NCBI GenBank assembly: GCA_030141605.1
Contig: JAQGDQ010000106.1
Location: forward strand, 372,001 to 436,000
Direction of reading: 5' to 3'
From: Tubiluchus corallicola
Taxonomy: Eukaryota > Animalia > Priapulida
Length of the DNA stretch: 64,000 bases
The notes under the pieces are model-generated. The model saw only the letters and a program-made list of their open reading frames with translations, searched no databases and was not told where the DNA came from. Below are positions 23,701 to 36,747 of this stretch, piece by piece (the stretch's first letter is position 1; every line of letters begins with the position of its first letter). The position numbers and the translations under genes are program-made.

Positions 23701-26700
23701 TGAGGCTTGATTTCCATCATTTTTGATCTTTTTTTCGATCAGTCTTTATGTATTTACAAAAAGCAATGAATGTTTCCTGATGAACAGAGAAAGGCTCTTC
23801 ATTATGCAAGCCTTTGCTAATAAATTAAGCAAGAATGACACATGAGGAGTCAGCACTTCATAAATTAAACTTTACGCCTATTATCACTGCAAAGAGCAAC
23901 GAAAACAGTAACACCGTAAGCAGCCTATTTCCACTACGTTTTTACACTAATAATTTTGTATACTTGGCGGAGATGCAACAGACAGTAACTTCAAATGTTT
24001 CACAAAACTTTTCCAAGAGTTGTATTTTGTTACCGAATTACCACTACATTTGCTCAAGTGAGGTGGTTCTGTTTTAGTACCAAAAATTTTTAGCATTAGG
24101 TTAACACAAACTTTTTTTACTTGTCAAACAATTCTCTGAAAGTCAAACGATTAATTCTGAAAAGACTTTTGAAAGTTATGTTGCCGCCTAATAACATATC
24201 AAAACTTCATTGACATTTTCTTATTTTACTATAAAAACTTGATGACATCAATGAGTTGCCTGAGAAAAACCAACATTAGGTGACCTACACAAGAAGCAGC
24301 ATTCCTAGAAGATTAACTCCAATTAGAAGCGTAATACAAACCCAGTTTCCAAAAACAGTGACCTTAAAAATTTGGTAAGGAAGTTCAATGGATTATCAAA
24401 ACACAATACCTACTATCCTTATTTGAACTAGAGTAAATTTTGGAAAAACATAAAAACGAGACAAAAACAAAGTACCTGTAAAGTTGATAATGTTTGTGAG
24501 TTATTGGCTGGGGTCACATTACAGATAACAGCTGTATGGGCATTACCACCAATGCTAGACTGCAGTAGGCGAGTCAGCTTCGAATTTCGAAAATTTACGT
24601 GTCTGAAAATCAATAAACGCAGAAATAATAATAATTCTTAAAGTCTTAAATTAATTTTGCATTTAATGTTGTCATAAACTGCATAACAAATCATCAATAA
24701 ATTTTGACTAAGTATAGCAAAGCAAAGCGATGATGAGTATGATGCCAATTTCACTACTTTTTTATTACAAATATTTATATATTTCTACACTATTAATTTT
24801 TGCCTAATAATACTTATTGCTAAAGACATCTAGAAATTCACAAACTCTCATGGTTGCACAGTTTGGAAATTAATGACGGATTTCGCCTTTATCAGACATG
24901 ACAGACAGCTACCACCCACCGATTAATCTTTGCCTATATATGTATTTTAATATTCTCATACTGTAAACTTCCTGTCTTCACTGGTTATCACCGTAACCCA
25001 TTCCAATTCCTGCCTCCTGCTACCACATTGACTTACTATCTTTTAAAACATAACATGAATTATTCTAGTACACAACAAGTCATTTGCTCTCATGTCATTT
25101 ATTGCTGTCACAAAATCATCAAAAACCAAATGAACACTTTTACAAATTATGTAAATTAATTAGATTCGCCTCCAAGAAAAAGATACTGCACTTTGTACAT
25201 ACCATGTATGCATGTACGCCAGTCTTTTAATTGGTTCTAAAAATTAACCACAACTGACATTCACAACTTACTTTTCGCCCTCGCTGATCTGACTAATCAC
25301 ATGAGATAGCTGAAACAGCGATGCATTTATTTTGCAGCCCTCTTTGAGTCTGTCCCCAATGGCGCCTGTCTCGCTCGCTCTTTCTGACCCAGCTAGGTCA
25401 ACCATATTTAAGTGTGCAACATTGCATGCTCCCATCAATTCATCCACATCGCGCGAGCGAGATTCTATTATCTAAAAAATATCGAAAATGTCAGAAAAGC
25501 CCACTATAAAAGTTGGTTGCATAATCTGTGACTAATTTCACTTAAAATTGTTGAAGTATTTCCCCTAATGTCACTTAAATTTGTTACAGTATTTCCCCCT
25601 ATTTTTCCTCAATCACATGCCACTTGTCAAACTACGATGATTCATATAATTTAAGTATATTGTTTTGTGTTTGGTTTCAATTGTAGCACCATTCTTGAAA
25701 ACATTCCTCAAATAATTTTCATCCAAAAGGATGACAATTGTCCTCTTTAAACCAGAAGAAACCGATATAGCATTTTAGAGAAACAAGGCAATTTGCACGT
25801 TTTTACAACACATTGCCACCAAATCAACTTCCTTTTCTTCCTTGGCCAGAAAAGATGACATTACCATTGATTTGACTATTTTTGGATGTCTGGCTAGAGC
25901 TTTTTTGTGTTCTTAGCAGACGTCTTGGAAAGTAGAATATCCTTCAGGAATCAAACACTTTTCATGGACGAAAATGTCTAAAACTATAACAAGCTAACAA
26001 AGTTGCTGATGTCTACACTGAAAGGAGGAATGCAACAGCTATACAATAACTCTAAAATTATAATTTTATGCAAATTTATTACGTTACTTAGTGCCTTGGC
26101 AGTACTGTATTTATCTAAAAGCACTCTCCTTTGGAGAGGGCATGTTCAGCATCTAAAGTCCACTTATATGATGAGGTAAAAAAGACGTTGGACTTTCTCC
26201 ATTCAGGCTCATGAATGAAAAAGCTCTCCTATTCTATATTCTCCATTCCGTCTATTAAACAGAAGCATTCTGACACAAATTCTAAACAGTGTATGCTCTC
26301 ATTTATAAACATCACAATTGCCTAATAATTGCAAATGCATCAAAATGTTAGCTATTTTGTTAGCTATTTATGTAAGCTATTTTGTTTTCTGTACATGTCA
26401 TACTGCAGCACTCACAATAGAGAAAATGGTATGGCTTCGTGAACTTCGCTCATTCATGTTAGTCTCCCCGTAACGACGCCGTTTTTCACCTCGTCTCAAC
26501 AACTGCATAATTTGCTGTGAATCTTGAACTACAGCTTCATTGGCTCCACTTACGGAAACTGAGCCAGTTTCCTACAAAAACAAACGCACTGCAAAAACTA
26601 AGAGCCATTACGTTATTTTTTCTCTCCAAACACGATTGATTTTTGTGTATTTGGCTTAGTAACTCATTACTGGTAATAAGGTGTAATCTGGCAAAACAGT

Positions 26701-29700
26701 CAACTACCATGTCTTTAAATTAGTAATTTTAAAAAACCTAGATTATTAACTGAAATGAACAACAGTTTATAAGAAAAATTGATTCTACATCATCATGAGC
26801 TTAATACACGCCACCTATTGTATTAGCTTAGTATCGGTAAATACGGACAATCGGCAAATTCGGACCGATGTCTCCCCGCTTTTTTCCGGCAAATCGAGAT
26901 ATGAGTGTACAAGGAAAAGCTGATATTCAAATTAATTCTAATAAAACACACATACATGCAAGCATGCACACCTGCACACACGCACACACACACAAAGACA
27001 CACCATAAGACTTCATAATAAAATGTGTTAAAAAAGGTTGTAAAATTTACATTTTCGCATATACGTAACTCTGCCTTCTTGCCCTGTTCAAGTAAAAGAT
27101 CTGTCAGATTTTCGTTGTATATTTCCAAATATCGAACGCGAATGAGATACTCCCTATCAGGATTCTGAAAAATAACATTCTTGAAATAAATATTCAATTT
27201 CATACTGATCCAATAAGTGTCATCAAAAATTATAAAGCAATAGTGTAACATGAAACTAGATCTTACAAATAAACATTAGCTACCACAATACAGAAACTTG
27301 CGGAAAGTACATGTGCAAAAGCAAACTATCACATTTATAGCATTGGATTTATTGATATTTTAAAATTTGTCATTCAGACGATGAGATCAGGGTTGCTTCA
27401 ACTTAAATAAAATTTACTTGATCAATTTTAATTCTTACAAGACAGATTTCGATACACTGTGTACTGTGTATGATAAACCTGAATAGGTTACAAGCCTAAC
27501 CTTTTAAGTACTGTAGCTTCTGTTTCACAGTAACACATTTCTAATTTCAAAGAACTTGCAACTATGCATTTTAGAAAAAAACTCCTATTACTGCCACTTC
27601 CAAATTGCTAAAAACAGCGGCGACAATAAATCCAACTAATAAAACCATATAATTTTAAAGCTAGTAAAAGTTGAAGACATTGTTGTGTTACATTTTCAAT
27701 GTTATTAAATATCTCGCTGATTGCTAACTGAATCACTCCGCCTTCACGGTCATTTCCCATCATCGTGTAGGTTTTCCCTGACGAAGTTTGCCCGTAAGCA
27801 AAAATAGTTCCTAGAAAAAGCAAAATACAAATTGGCTTGAAGCAAATCATGCTTATAATTAATGTTGCTCAAGATAAACATTTCTGTCGGATAGTGAACA
27901 CTGGATATAATCGAATATTTCCTCAAATTAGCTTCAGGATCCGGATTATAACTGGATAGGTTAACTAAACTCAATGTTTAACACAGTTTGGATCAGTTCG
28001 GATGAAAATAATAACTGTTTGCGAACTTTATTGTTTTCATTTAGTATGCCATTTTAAATGACAGCTTAGATACTTTAGGAGTTACTAAACAAAATCTGAA
28101 AGGAGAATAAGTAAGTCACTCAGTGAGAGACAAGATTTTGCTATACTTAATTAAAGGTGTATAAATAATAAAAATATACATCAACCTTGGTGTTGTTACA
28201 ATTACTGTGGGATTTTTTTTTCATATATTTATGTAATTTATGTATTTGTAACTCAGTTCATTGAGTTTGACAGTTAGAGGAAGTCCTTAACTACTCTTTG
28301 AAGGATCATTTGTTGCACGCCACTACGTGAAGATACACCATATCTCCACAAGCAAACGGAAAGAAACTGTGTGTAAAATTTTTGTGAAACGCAAATGTAG
28401 CCTAAAACAATTTCCGGGTTTTTTTGGTAGTAATTTATTTAATTCTGACTGCTGAATCACCCGAATTATTCTTCAACAGCACATTACGAAAACCGGATAG
28501 TGAATATTTGCGTGTATCAAATTTTTGTAACTATCGGATAATGGCTATGTGATACAAATAGCTGCAAACTCTTGCAAATATCACATCTTTCGGACACGAA
28601 TCAGATATACGGAGCACCACTACTTAAAATAACCAGTAAATTCAATTTTAAATACGTCATCAGATATATGATGTCATATAAATGCCTCTGCATATATAAT
28701 CAAACTTATTTATATTAATTACAGAATTAAAACACATGGTAAAAAAATAAAAGTTAAAGTCTCATAAAATAAATAATAAAGAAACAAAAAAAGGAACATA
28801 AACATATATGATGTTTCACAAGTCTAATAACTTTGATGATGCTTTAATTATAAAATTAAAATCAGATAAACTATATTTACAAAACCTACAATTGAAAGCT
28901 AGCTGCTGCACCACATTCCACAGTTTTCTTGCTTTGCACTATGAATTATGACAGTGATAAACAAGAACACAAATAAAATTAATCTGTCTGAAGATATGCT
29001 TGACAAACTAAATCACACTGCCTTTTATAAGTCCATGCTTGTTTTTTTTTTACCAATTTGACAATGTGATATTAATACTGCCTTAATGCTGCTATCTATC
29101 AAATGTAAGCAACTTCTCCCTATTTTAAAAAATATCACTATATACACATCCTTAGCTATCTTGGTCATAATGCGACATACCATTGAATCCATTCATAGCA
29201 GCTAGGACGATCTTTTGAACCACAGAGTTATAAACAGCCACAGTGTTTTCGTGAGTGTCAAAGACTCGATCTGAAATGAGAAACAAACCTGACAGAAAAA
29301 AGTAATTATGAATTTCTCGGTACACAGCAAAACTGTTTCCCATTCTTAGGTTTTCCAGAATCCATTTATCATAAGTTCAGATATACCACTTTACGTACTG
29401 ATCTGTTTACGAGCATGGGGCCTCAATACAATATATATAAAATGATGTGCTATACTAACGTAACTTCCGCTTTACATCATGCACCTAGGCTCATTTTGGC
29501 TCCAGTAATCTGCATTAGCCGCAAATATTTTAATCTCGAATTAATGCATGATTTCAAAGATTTTAGCAATTGATAATGTCACGTATCAACTTTTCAGTTA
29601 ACAGATTTTATTTTGCTTCGTTCAACTTCAAGAGACAGAAAAAAGCTGAAGGAAAACTCTTTAATAAGATATGAAAAACCCGTCGCTTGATAAGATTTTA

Positions 29701-30699
29701 CAGAGTTTAGTTCTAGCTCTAGTTGACGGGATTTAAGCATTGTAAAAGTAAAATGTAATTTTAAAAGCCCTGTAAAAATAAAATGTAATTTTAAATCAGG
29801 CACCATCCACAGATTACTTACCATATGTAAATGAAGCTCCATTTTGGTCAAGATGGCAAATTTTCGTTAAATCTTCAGTTTTCCACTGAACATGATCAGG
29901 CTGTTCTCTGAAACGTTAAAAAAATTAATTACATGGCAAGAGCAAATTTTAAAGACTAAGAATATTTTATTTCAAAAAAATTACCCACAGCAAAAAATAA
30001 TTTTTATTCTGCAGTGGTTATCGAAAACTGTAAAAAAGCAGAACAAGTGTACATACTGCAATGGAACCTGGCAGACGCTTCAGCCACATATATCAACATT
30101 TAGGATGTCGAATACTTTATTAGCACTACCTACCACAATAGAGCCATTAAATACAAGTAATCTATCTGGTGTCATTCACCTTACCTAGTGCTGTACTAAT
30201 GAATCAAGTTTATCAAAACTTGGTCAACCATGATGTTTAACTAGTCGCTCAAATCAATAAATATGATTGACGATTGGTTAATAGAATAAATGTAAAATTT
30301 TGCACACTTTGCCACTCATTTTTGTCATTTAATTACTTTAAGGCAAAAACCTACAGTATCAATTAGATGCGAAACAACATAAGGGATAAAGCAAAAGCCA
30401 AAAGCTTAATGTTCTAGTTTCATACTGAAGCAGCACCACCAAATATTACAATCGATCATTAGTCACTCATCGAACGTTTTTGAATGCTGATGATTGACTA
30501 CGGAAATGAGACCACTTCCCAACACTAACCCTACCTAATACCTAATACTATGTACTTATATGCAAGATTACAAAGATGTATCTTTAATGTCAAATTGTTT
30601 CAATTTTTGCACAATAAATAGTTATGCATTAATATGATACCTTTTAATCAACGGTCGAACTCTAACGACAACGCAGATTTTGTCTGACGTAACATCCAT
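5774..30699 (-). CDS. CENPE: Centromere-associated protein E (kinesin-7), 23 coding exons, about 2977 aa
   Basis: Exons: 30699-30641, 29907-29822, 29270-29181, 27810-27692, 27164-27051, 26571-26416, 25471-25272, 24602-24476, 23278-23159, 22540-22337, 22198-22055, 21819-21730, 21160-20834 (or 20837), 20615-20370, 19739-19582, 17960-17852, 17230-17039, 15642-9993, 9644-9484, 9041-8885, 7427-7301, 6696-6578, 5952-5774. All phases are compatible and the total is 8934 nt. Motor motifs: [19 protein letters not shown] (P-loop), [15 protein letters not shown] (switch I), DLAGSER (switch II), [25 protein letters not shown]-type features: RRETWC after the neck, tail GGSGIV motif, terminal CKQQ* CaaX box. 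Confidence 0.95.
7745..8510. repeat. Decayed intronic tandem or interspersed repeat in CENP-E intron 20
   Basis: caattca.cacactgag.tgactcagag occurs at ~8034 and ~8477, with a weaker copy at ~7797. ttgt.gcccatc.cctaacatct occurs at ~8121 and ~8328. Confidence 0.6.
9993..15642 (-). CDS. CENPE: Giant CENP-E exon 18 (5650 nt, coiled-coil stalk)
   Basis: ttttgcag acceptor at 15645-15643 and G|gtatgt donor at 9992. The frame is uninterrupted and E/K/L/Q-rich with heptad character. Phases 0 and 1 match both neighbouring exons. Confidence 0.92.
10040..11130 (-). repeat. Coding tandem repeat, 372-nt/124-aa unit, about 3 copies
   Basis: Anchor tcgagc recurs at 10105, 10477 and 10849 (spacing exactly 372). 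The protein unit [27 protein letters not shown]...[19 protein letters not shown] is repeated. Confidence 0.95.
18140..18222 (-). mobile_element. Possible decayed tRNA-derived SINE head
   Basis: Minus strand ggacatggtagtttagcag...gtcccagtttcaaatcc gives A-box-like and B-box-like motifs at tRNA-like spacing. No intact cloverleaf. Confidence 0.3.
27885..28622. mobile_element. Probable non-autonomous DNA transposon (MITE) remnant in CENP-E intron 3
   Basis: Clustered (c)cggata / cggat motifs at 27888-28003 and 28493-28540. The right end cggagcaccacta reads TAGTGGTGCTCCG on the minus strand, a hAT-like terminus. A matching left terminus was not found. Confidence 0.4.
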
Positions 30700-30734
30700 A
30701 CTGTAGTTTTTAATGAGTCATGACTGAAAACCCT

Positions 30735-30744
30735 CTGTAAAAAA
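30735..30744 (-). promoter_or_regulatory. Splice acceptor in the CENP-E 5' UTR (cis intron or trans-splice site)
   Basis: ttttttacag lies 35 nt upstream of the ATG. A possible gtatga donor lies at ~30832. Confidence 0.45.
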
Positions 30745-30914
30745 TATACTTGGAAGTGCTAGTTTATAAACATTATACAGCAAATCTTGCAAAACATGAT
30801 ATTAAGTGAACTGCTATTATATGAAATCATACTTCGGAGAGAAATAGTGTGTAACTGTAAAAACATGAAGACGGCATAGAATTCTATCTCATAGTATCAA
30901 CGGAATAGGTAGTC

Positions 30915-31060
30915 AAGGGCGTGGTCGGTCTAAATTTGGCAGTGCTTTCCAAAATGGGGCAGTTTGATCAAGTGCACTGAAAAAGTTCGAGAGGGTTTAT
31001 TGGAGCGGCTTCCAATCCGAAATATTATTCATACTGCTTGACAAATTCTCAATTCAAATT
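30915..31060. promoter_or_regulatory. Candidate CENP-E promoter with GC box, two CCAAT boxes and a CHR-like TTTGAA
   Basis: gggcgtgg at 30917, ATTGG at 30999-31003, CCAAT at 31012-31016, ttcaaa at 31053-31058 (TTTGAA on the minus strand). This motif set is typical of G2/M cell-cycle promoters. Confidence 0.4.
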
Positions 31061-31369
31061 CGTATTAATTTGCGTTTTTACTATAAGTGTGTTTTTGCCA
31101 TTTGTACGACTTATATAATTATAAGTTTGTCTGAGTGTGCAACAGGGACGATTCAACAAGAAAATTTCACACATTCTCATGACACAGTCTGGAAAAAATA
31201 AGCATTATTCCTATTGTTTATCGCTGACCCATTTTCTACATTCTTACTGGAGTTATATTTTGTTCAATGAATGTACAATTGACGTAGTTTGATGTTGCTA
31301 TAGTTTTTTCTTTTTGGTTATTCCTACGAACTTTCAGTTAATTTCAAATTTTTGTTTTTTTTTTTGTTA

Positions 31370-31915
31370 ATTTAAATATTGTTTCATACCATTTGCCATA
31401 TTCATTTATTTATGTTGCCAATTTATTATAAACTCATTTGAATTCATTATCTTAATTTCTCCCTAGTTATTCGTCTTTATTTCTCTTTTCATTTTTAAAT
31501 GTTGATTATTATTTCCTTGTCTGTACTTGTCAGGTTATATTATTTCCCTTAAATCTGGATAGAGGTGCTTGACCTGGTGATGATTTACAATTCACATGGC
31601 TTGACATTGCTTTATTTTTCTTGCTTCCTCTGTTGGATCGAGTTTTTTTGATTTATATGTAATTTTATTTTACTTTTGTTTTTGTTGAGTTGGCCTTAGT
31701 TTCTTGATTTTAATTTAAATTTTCTGTTTCATTTGCTAATTTAAATTTTGCCTCTTCTCATTGCCAAATTTATTTATTGTTTCTAAACATAAACTAATTT
31801 GAACTTGTTGCCTCATTTTTTGTTAAGTTGCTGATTATTTTCATTTGTACATACCTTATTTGACAGGTCACTTAATTTTCTTCAATTTGGATTGGGATGG
31901 TTGACCCTTGGTCTT
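31370..31915. repeat. Old diverged direct duplication, very T-rich on the + strand
   Basis: ataaact.atttgaa...gtt..tgattatt...ttg.caggt...tggat...ttgacc occurs at ~31430-31575 and ~31790-31910. Confidence 0.55.
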
Positions 31916-32865
31916 TTCGCCACCCCGTCTCTTTTCCATCTTTACCTTAGTTTTTGCTCTTGTTTAGGTTTATTTTGTAACATTTAGCGACAAATAAATT
32001 ATTTACTTACTCTCATAATAAAACGCCTAATGCCGATAGTAAAAATTAATTCTTCAAACATATCCACTAGAACATGAACAATAAAAAGTGTTTAAATCCA
32101 AACATAAATGACAAAATAATGTAAGCAACTTACATTAAAAGACGAAAAAACACATTACTCTCATGTTCCGCTCATACTTTTAAATTTTCACATTTTTGGT
32201 ACACAAAACGCTTGCGCCATCTGTTAGCGACAATCTAGATTCTAACGATTTGCGCAATTTGCCGTGAACCATTCCCAGCCATATTAAATAATCAAAAAAT
32301 TTAAAAATCACCAAAGCAAAGTCAAACGCGGAAGTGGTGCTGACCGATCACTGGCATAGCAATATCTAGTTTTATGACAAGGTACTGCCATGTTTACCTG
32401 TCCCGATGTTTTATTGTTTCGTTATTTCCTCGGTGTCCAGTCCACACTAGTTACCAAAGAAGACCGTCCACTGCGAGACACAACTAACGAGGTGATATTT
32501 AACCTCTTTTTTTTCATTTATTCTTCATTTTGCACCTTTTTCTCCAGTCCTGTGACATTATCATTTATTTCTATGGAATTTTCCTTCTTATGTGGTATAT
32601 TAAAGAGAGAAAGAAAATATAGTATACTGAGTCAGATTCACACTTGCAAAAATCAATAGAAGAGTGACTTGTGTTTATTAGCAGAGGAATTAATAGAAAA
32701 CTCCGATATTGCACTACTAGATGTGGGAGGACATTATATTCTAGATAGGGGCTAGAATTCTAGAATTTGGATTAACCATTAATAACGCTATAGCCTTAGA
32801 CCCTAAATTTTGTCTTCGTAGTTCTGAGATCGATAACCAATAGTGCTATTTATTGTATACAAAGA

Positions 32866-33245
32866 CAGCACAGCAGGCAAACCAGAAGCAGGGCACCTTA
32901 TTCGCGTTCTTCTTGGGGAAGAAGCACAGTAGGCATACCCCAGGCGAACCAAAAGCAGAGCACATGTTTCTCATTCTTCTTGGGGAAGAAGTGCTGCAGG
33001 CATTCCCCCACGCCCAGCAGGCATCCCAAGGCGAACCAGAAGCAGGGCACGTTTCGCGTTCTTCTTGGGTAAGAAGCACAGTAGGCATACCCCAGGCGAA
33101 CCAAAAGCAGAGCACATGTTTCTCATTCTTCTTGGGGAAGAAGTGCTGCAGGCATTCCCCCACGCCCAGCAGGCATCCCAAGGCGAACCAGAAGCAGGGC
33201 ACGTTTCGCGTTCTTCTTGGGGAAGCAGCACAGCAGGCATGTGTG
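32866..33245. repeat. GC-rich minisatellite array 1 (about 55-65-bp unit, 152-bp higher-order duplication)
   Basis: Unit gcgaaccagaagcagggcac..ttcttcttggggaagaagcacagcaggcat. A near-identical 152-bp block starts at 32921 and again at 33073. Confidence 0.9.
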
Positions 33246-33467
33246 AGCACTATGGCTTCAGTTGTGCCAACACTCCCCCTGTTACATTGGTTATACCTAC
33301 TTGTGACGTAGGCATTACTATTTACTGTTAGCCAATGCCCAATCTGGGCTTGCCTGATATAGACAGCTGTAACGTTGCCATTTTAAGCTGATGAGCCTAT
33401 TACTGTTTCCAATAAAATAGCATAATTTGGATAAATTTGTGCAGTTCTAGTGTTTCCTGTTAGTAGT

Positions 33468-33846
33468 GTTGCAGGCATTCCCCCAGGAGAACCAGAAGTG
33501 GGCACCTGCTTCCTGGGTAAGAAGCACAGCAGGTATTCCCTCAAGCGAACCAGAAGCAGGGTACCTGTTTAGCCTTCTTCCTGAGGACGAAGCACAACAG
33601 GCATTCCCTCAAGCGAACCATAAACAGGGTACCTGTTTCACCTTCTTCGTGAGGACGAAGCACAAACAGGCACTCCAAGCGAACCAGGAGCAGGGCACGT
33701 GCTTCGTGTTTTCATTGGGGAAGAAGCACAGCAGGCATTCCCACAGGCGAACCAGAATTAGGGCACGTTTCACATTCTTCTTGGGGAAGAAGCACAGCAG
33801 GCATTCCCACAAGCGAACCAGAGGCAAGGCAATTGCTTCGCGTTCT
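33468..33846. repeat. GC-rich minisatellite array 2 (same family, about 6 more diverged units)
   Basis: Repeated caggcattccc..gcgaaccag..gcagggcac..ttcttcttggggaagaagcacag at about 60-bp spacing. Confidence 0.9.
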
Positions 33847-33978
33847 AGCAAGGTTAAGAATTTTCATTTAACCTTAGACATTTGAAATTCAAGTTTCAAT
33901 ATAAAATAATTGTTTCACTTGGAAAGCTATTTTCGATACATGCTAAAGAAATCTACACAAGGATTATTGGCTGCATGC

Positions 33979-34024
33979 AGAGAGAGAGAGAGAGAGAGAA
34001 AGAGAGAGGGAAGGAGAGAGAGAG
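33979..34024. repeat. (AG)n microsatellite
   Basis: agagagagagagagagagagaaagagagagggaaggagagagagaga. Confidence 0.9.
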
Positions 34025-36747
34025 ATTTATATATACATGGCAGATGTATATAAATATGTATATATAAAAGTTTGACAGCTGTCGCAACACTACGACAAAG
34101 ACTTCCAAAATTTTATGCTGTGCCTGGGATACTAAAAATACAACATGACAATTCAAACAAATCTGTAGTAATAGTTTGTTTATAATATAATAGTGGACTA
34201 CATTATCTATACATCGTAATGAAATATTATTAAAAACGCATTACTATGCAAATGACAAGGGTACTTTCATAGCTTTAACCATGTTTCAGAACAGAAACGT
34301 CGTAACTAAGAGTAAACTAATATTAGAGCAAAGAAAAGTGAAAACAAAACAAAACAATTGCTTTTTTTGTCCATACAGTCAAAAATCTTAAAGGTGAGGT
34401 TTATATAACCTACATCAATTATCACTAGCAAACCATATTCATAAAGATAGAAACTAACTTTGCAAGATTTTTTCTATTTGACAACTGTAATAAATGAAAA
34501 CACTATAGTTTGTAATTCCACATATTAACTGATCCGAAAAACAAAGAAAAATGCTTGTTTGAAATTGTACCTACTTTGTTAATACATACAACACCCATCA
34601 AGTTACACAGAATACGTACATGAAACCACTGGCTTAAAACTAGATATTACCCCAATTTGTACATAAAACTATTGGTTTAAAAATAGATATTCCAAATTCC
34701 TATCACACAGCAAACATTATTAGGGTCTACAGCCTCTCCAGGGAACCCCAGTCAATACAAAAATAAACTAAATGAACAGGAACAACAAGGATGGTTTAGG
34801 TATCAAATTTGATAAAAATAGTTTTCTAATGTTGAGCTCTCCAATACACGTAAAAACCTCCCGACAGTTCAGCATGATGTTTATCAAATAAATCACAGTC
34901 ATCACTTCTCACAATTTTCAAAATTTTAACTTGTTTTTCAGAACTTTTGCACTTAATGCCACAGATATCAAACCGAATATACAATCGGGAATTAACTGGC
35001 CAGTGTGACTAGCCTGCAAGAGAAGATTTATTATATCAAACAGGTCTGTGAGATGTGTAAATACATTCCCTAAGCTAGTACATGACAAACAAATCTAGAA
35101 TGCTAATAGCCTAAAGATTTGGAACTGTTATTGGTATTAGAAAATGTCTTGTTTCAGATACTGAATGCATTTTCAACCTTGAAATTTAATTTTCGTTTAA
35201 ACTGCCTACGGTATAAGCACAACTGTAGTCCGACAATTTGAAAGCATCACCTTTTTATCAACAAAAATTTAAGACAACTAACACTGACTCAGTTAAAAAA
35301 ACACACTCGATTGCAACCTAAAAATCTTCAAAAATTAATTCACGAGTGTTATATTTCCAGGCAGTTTTAACCGATTTCAAAGCAGTCACACCGCTACAAG
35401 TGAACATGTATGTAAACACTATACAGTGTCCTAAACAACTTAACAGTTTACAGAACAAGGATATTACAAAAAATGGAAAGATGACATGCACTTTCTACAA
35501 TTTCTGCCTTTTAACACTAGGATCAACTATGACTATTACAAAGATTAAACATACAACTACAGAAAACTAATAAGCCAAATTTTTATTAAAATGTGAGCTA
35601 TGTACTTGTTTAATAACAGAAAATTCCCCACAGCATATGATTATGGCCATAGTTGTGGATATATGGCCAATACATATAAAACATTGCAACTTAATTAATA
35701 GCAAAGCATTATTCAATGTTACCAGATTAAATGCAGGTCATAATTAATGAAATACTCAAGTTTAATGTGTGGGTGAGTCTTCATCACATGCATATGCATA
35801 ACTGCAATTTACTACTTAATTTTAATGTTAAAAATGGAAACACTGATACTAAATGTAATAATTTTAACAAAAGCAGAAAAATTATAAAGAGTTCCATACT
35901 TTTACAAATTTAACAAAATCAAATTGCACAGTCGACTAATACCTTGCAAAACCAGCTTTATGAATTCAGTGATCTAAACTTTCATAGCTTGGCATTTGGC
36001 ACCTTTAGTCAGGCTCAGTAATTAAAAATATAGGTTATCATACAAGATTCCTAGTTTTGGATTATTATTAGTAACGTGCAGAATTTACATGTTTTACCCT
36101 TTTCTCTAGTTAACACAAAACTAACTAAATCATCTTTACTGAACTACATCATAAATCTATTAATGTACAACTAAACAACAAAAATAAGCAATCAGTCAAC
36201 ATTATAAATCAAATTAACCTTTGCTTGCTTTTTTGCTGTAATTACAATTATACTTAAAAAATTAAACTTCATTTATACAATTAGCAAATATAGAACACAA
36301 TATTTCATATAATTAGCAAGATTATTTAATCTATTTGCAAATACGTCTTTTCCAGTTACTTGCACAATGGCACAACTGTTCTATTCACTTTCAAGCAAAT
36401 TATTCATAAGTTGTGGTATAATTACAAGTGGCATAACCCCAACAATATTTTTTTAGAAGTTAACGACTGAAACAAGAAAGATCCTTTCAAATACATCTAA
36501 TTTTAAGTACCACTCAAAGCATTGGGCAAATACATGTTCACTTAGTAAAAGCCATGGAGAAAAACAAAATGAACTATAAAATTTCTGTATCTGGGTTATA
36601 CCACTCACTGGCTATAATCATACTTGAGAAATCAGTCTCTAGATTATTATTGCAAATACAACCAAATTACCCACTCAGCTAGGCACTCTTGAGTATACAA
36701 CACTGTCGCTATTCAGAGAGAATCATCTTCATAAGCTTCCATATCCC

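Noticed and set aside
33388-33412. CTGATGAG as a hammerhead ribozyme core (also ctgatga at ~23777)
   Set aside because: No stem II followed by a properly placed GAAA, and no flanking helices.
32846-33885. Overlapping Cys/Trp-rich ORFs on both strands
   Set aside because: They are by-products of the GC-rich minisatellite: open in several frames at once, with no splice or homology support.
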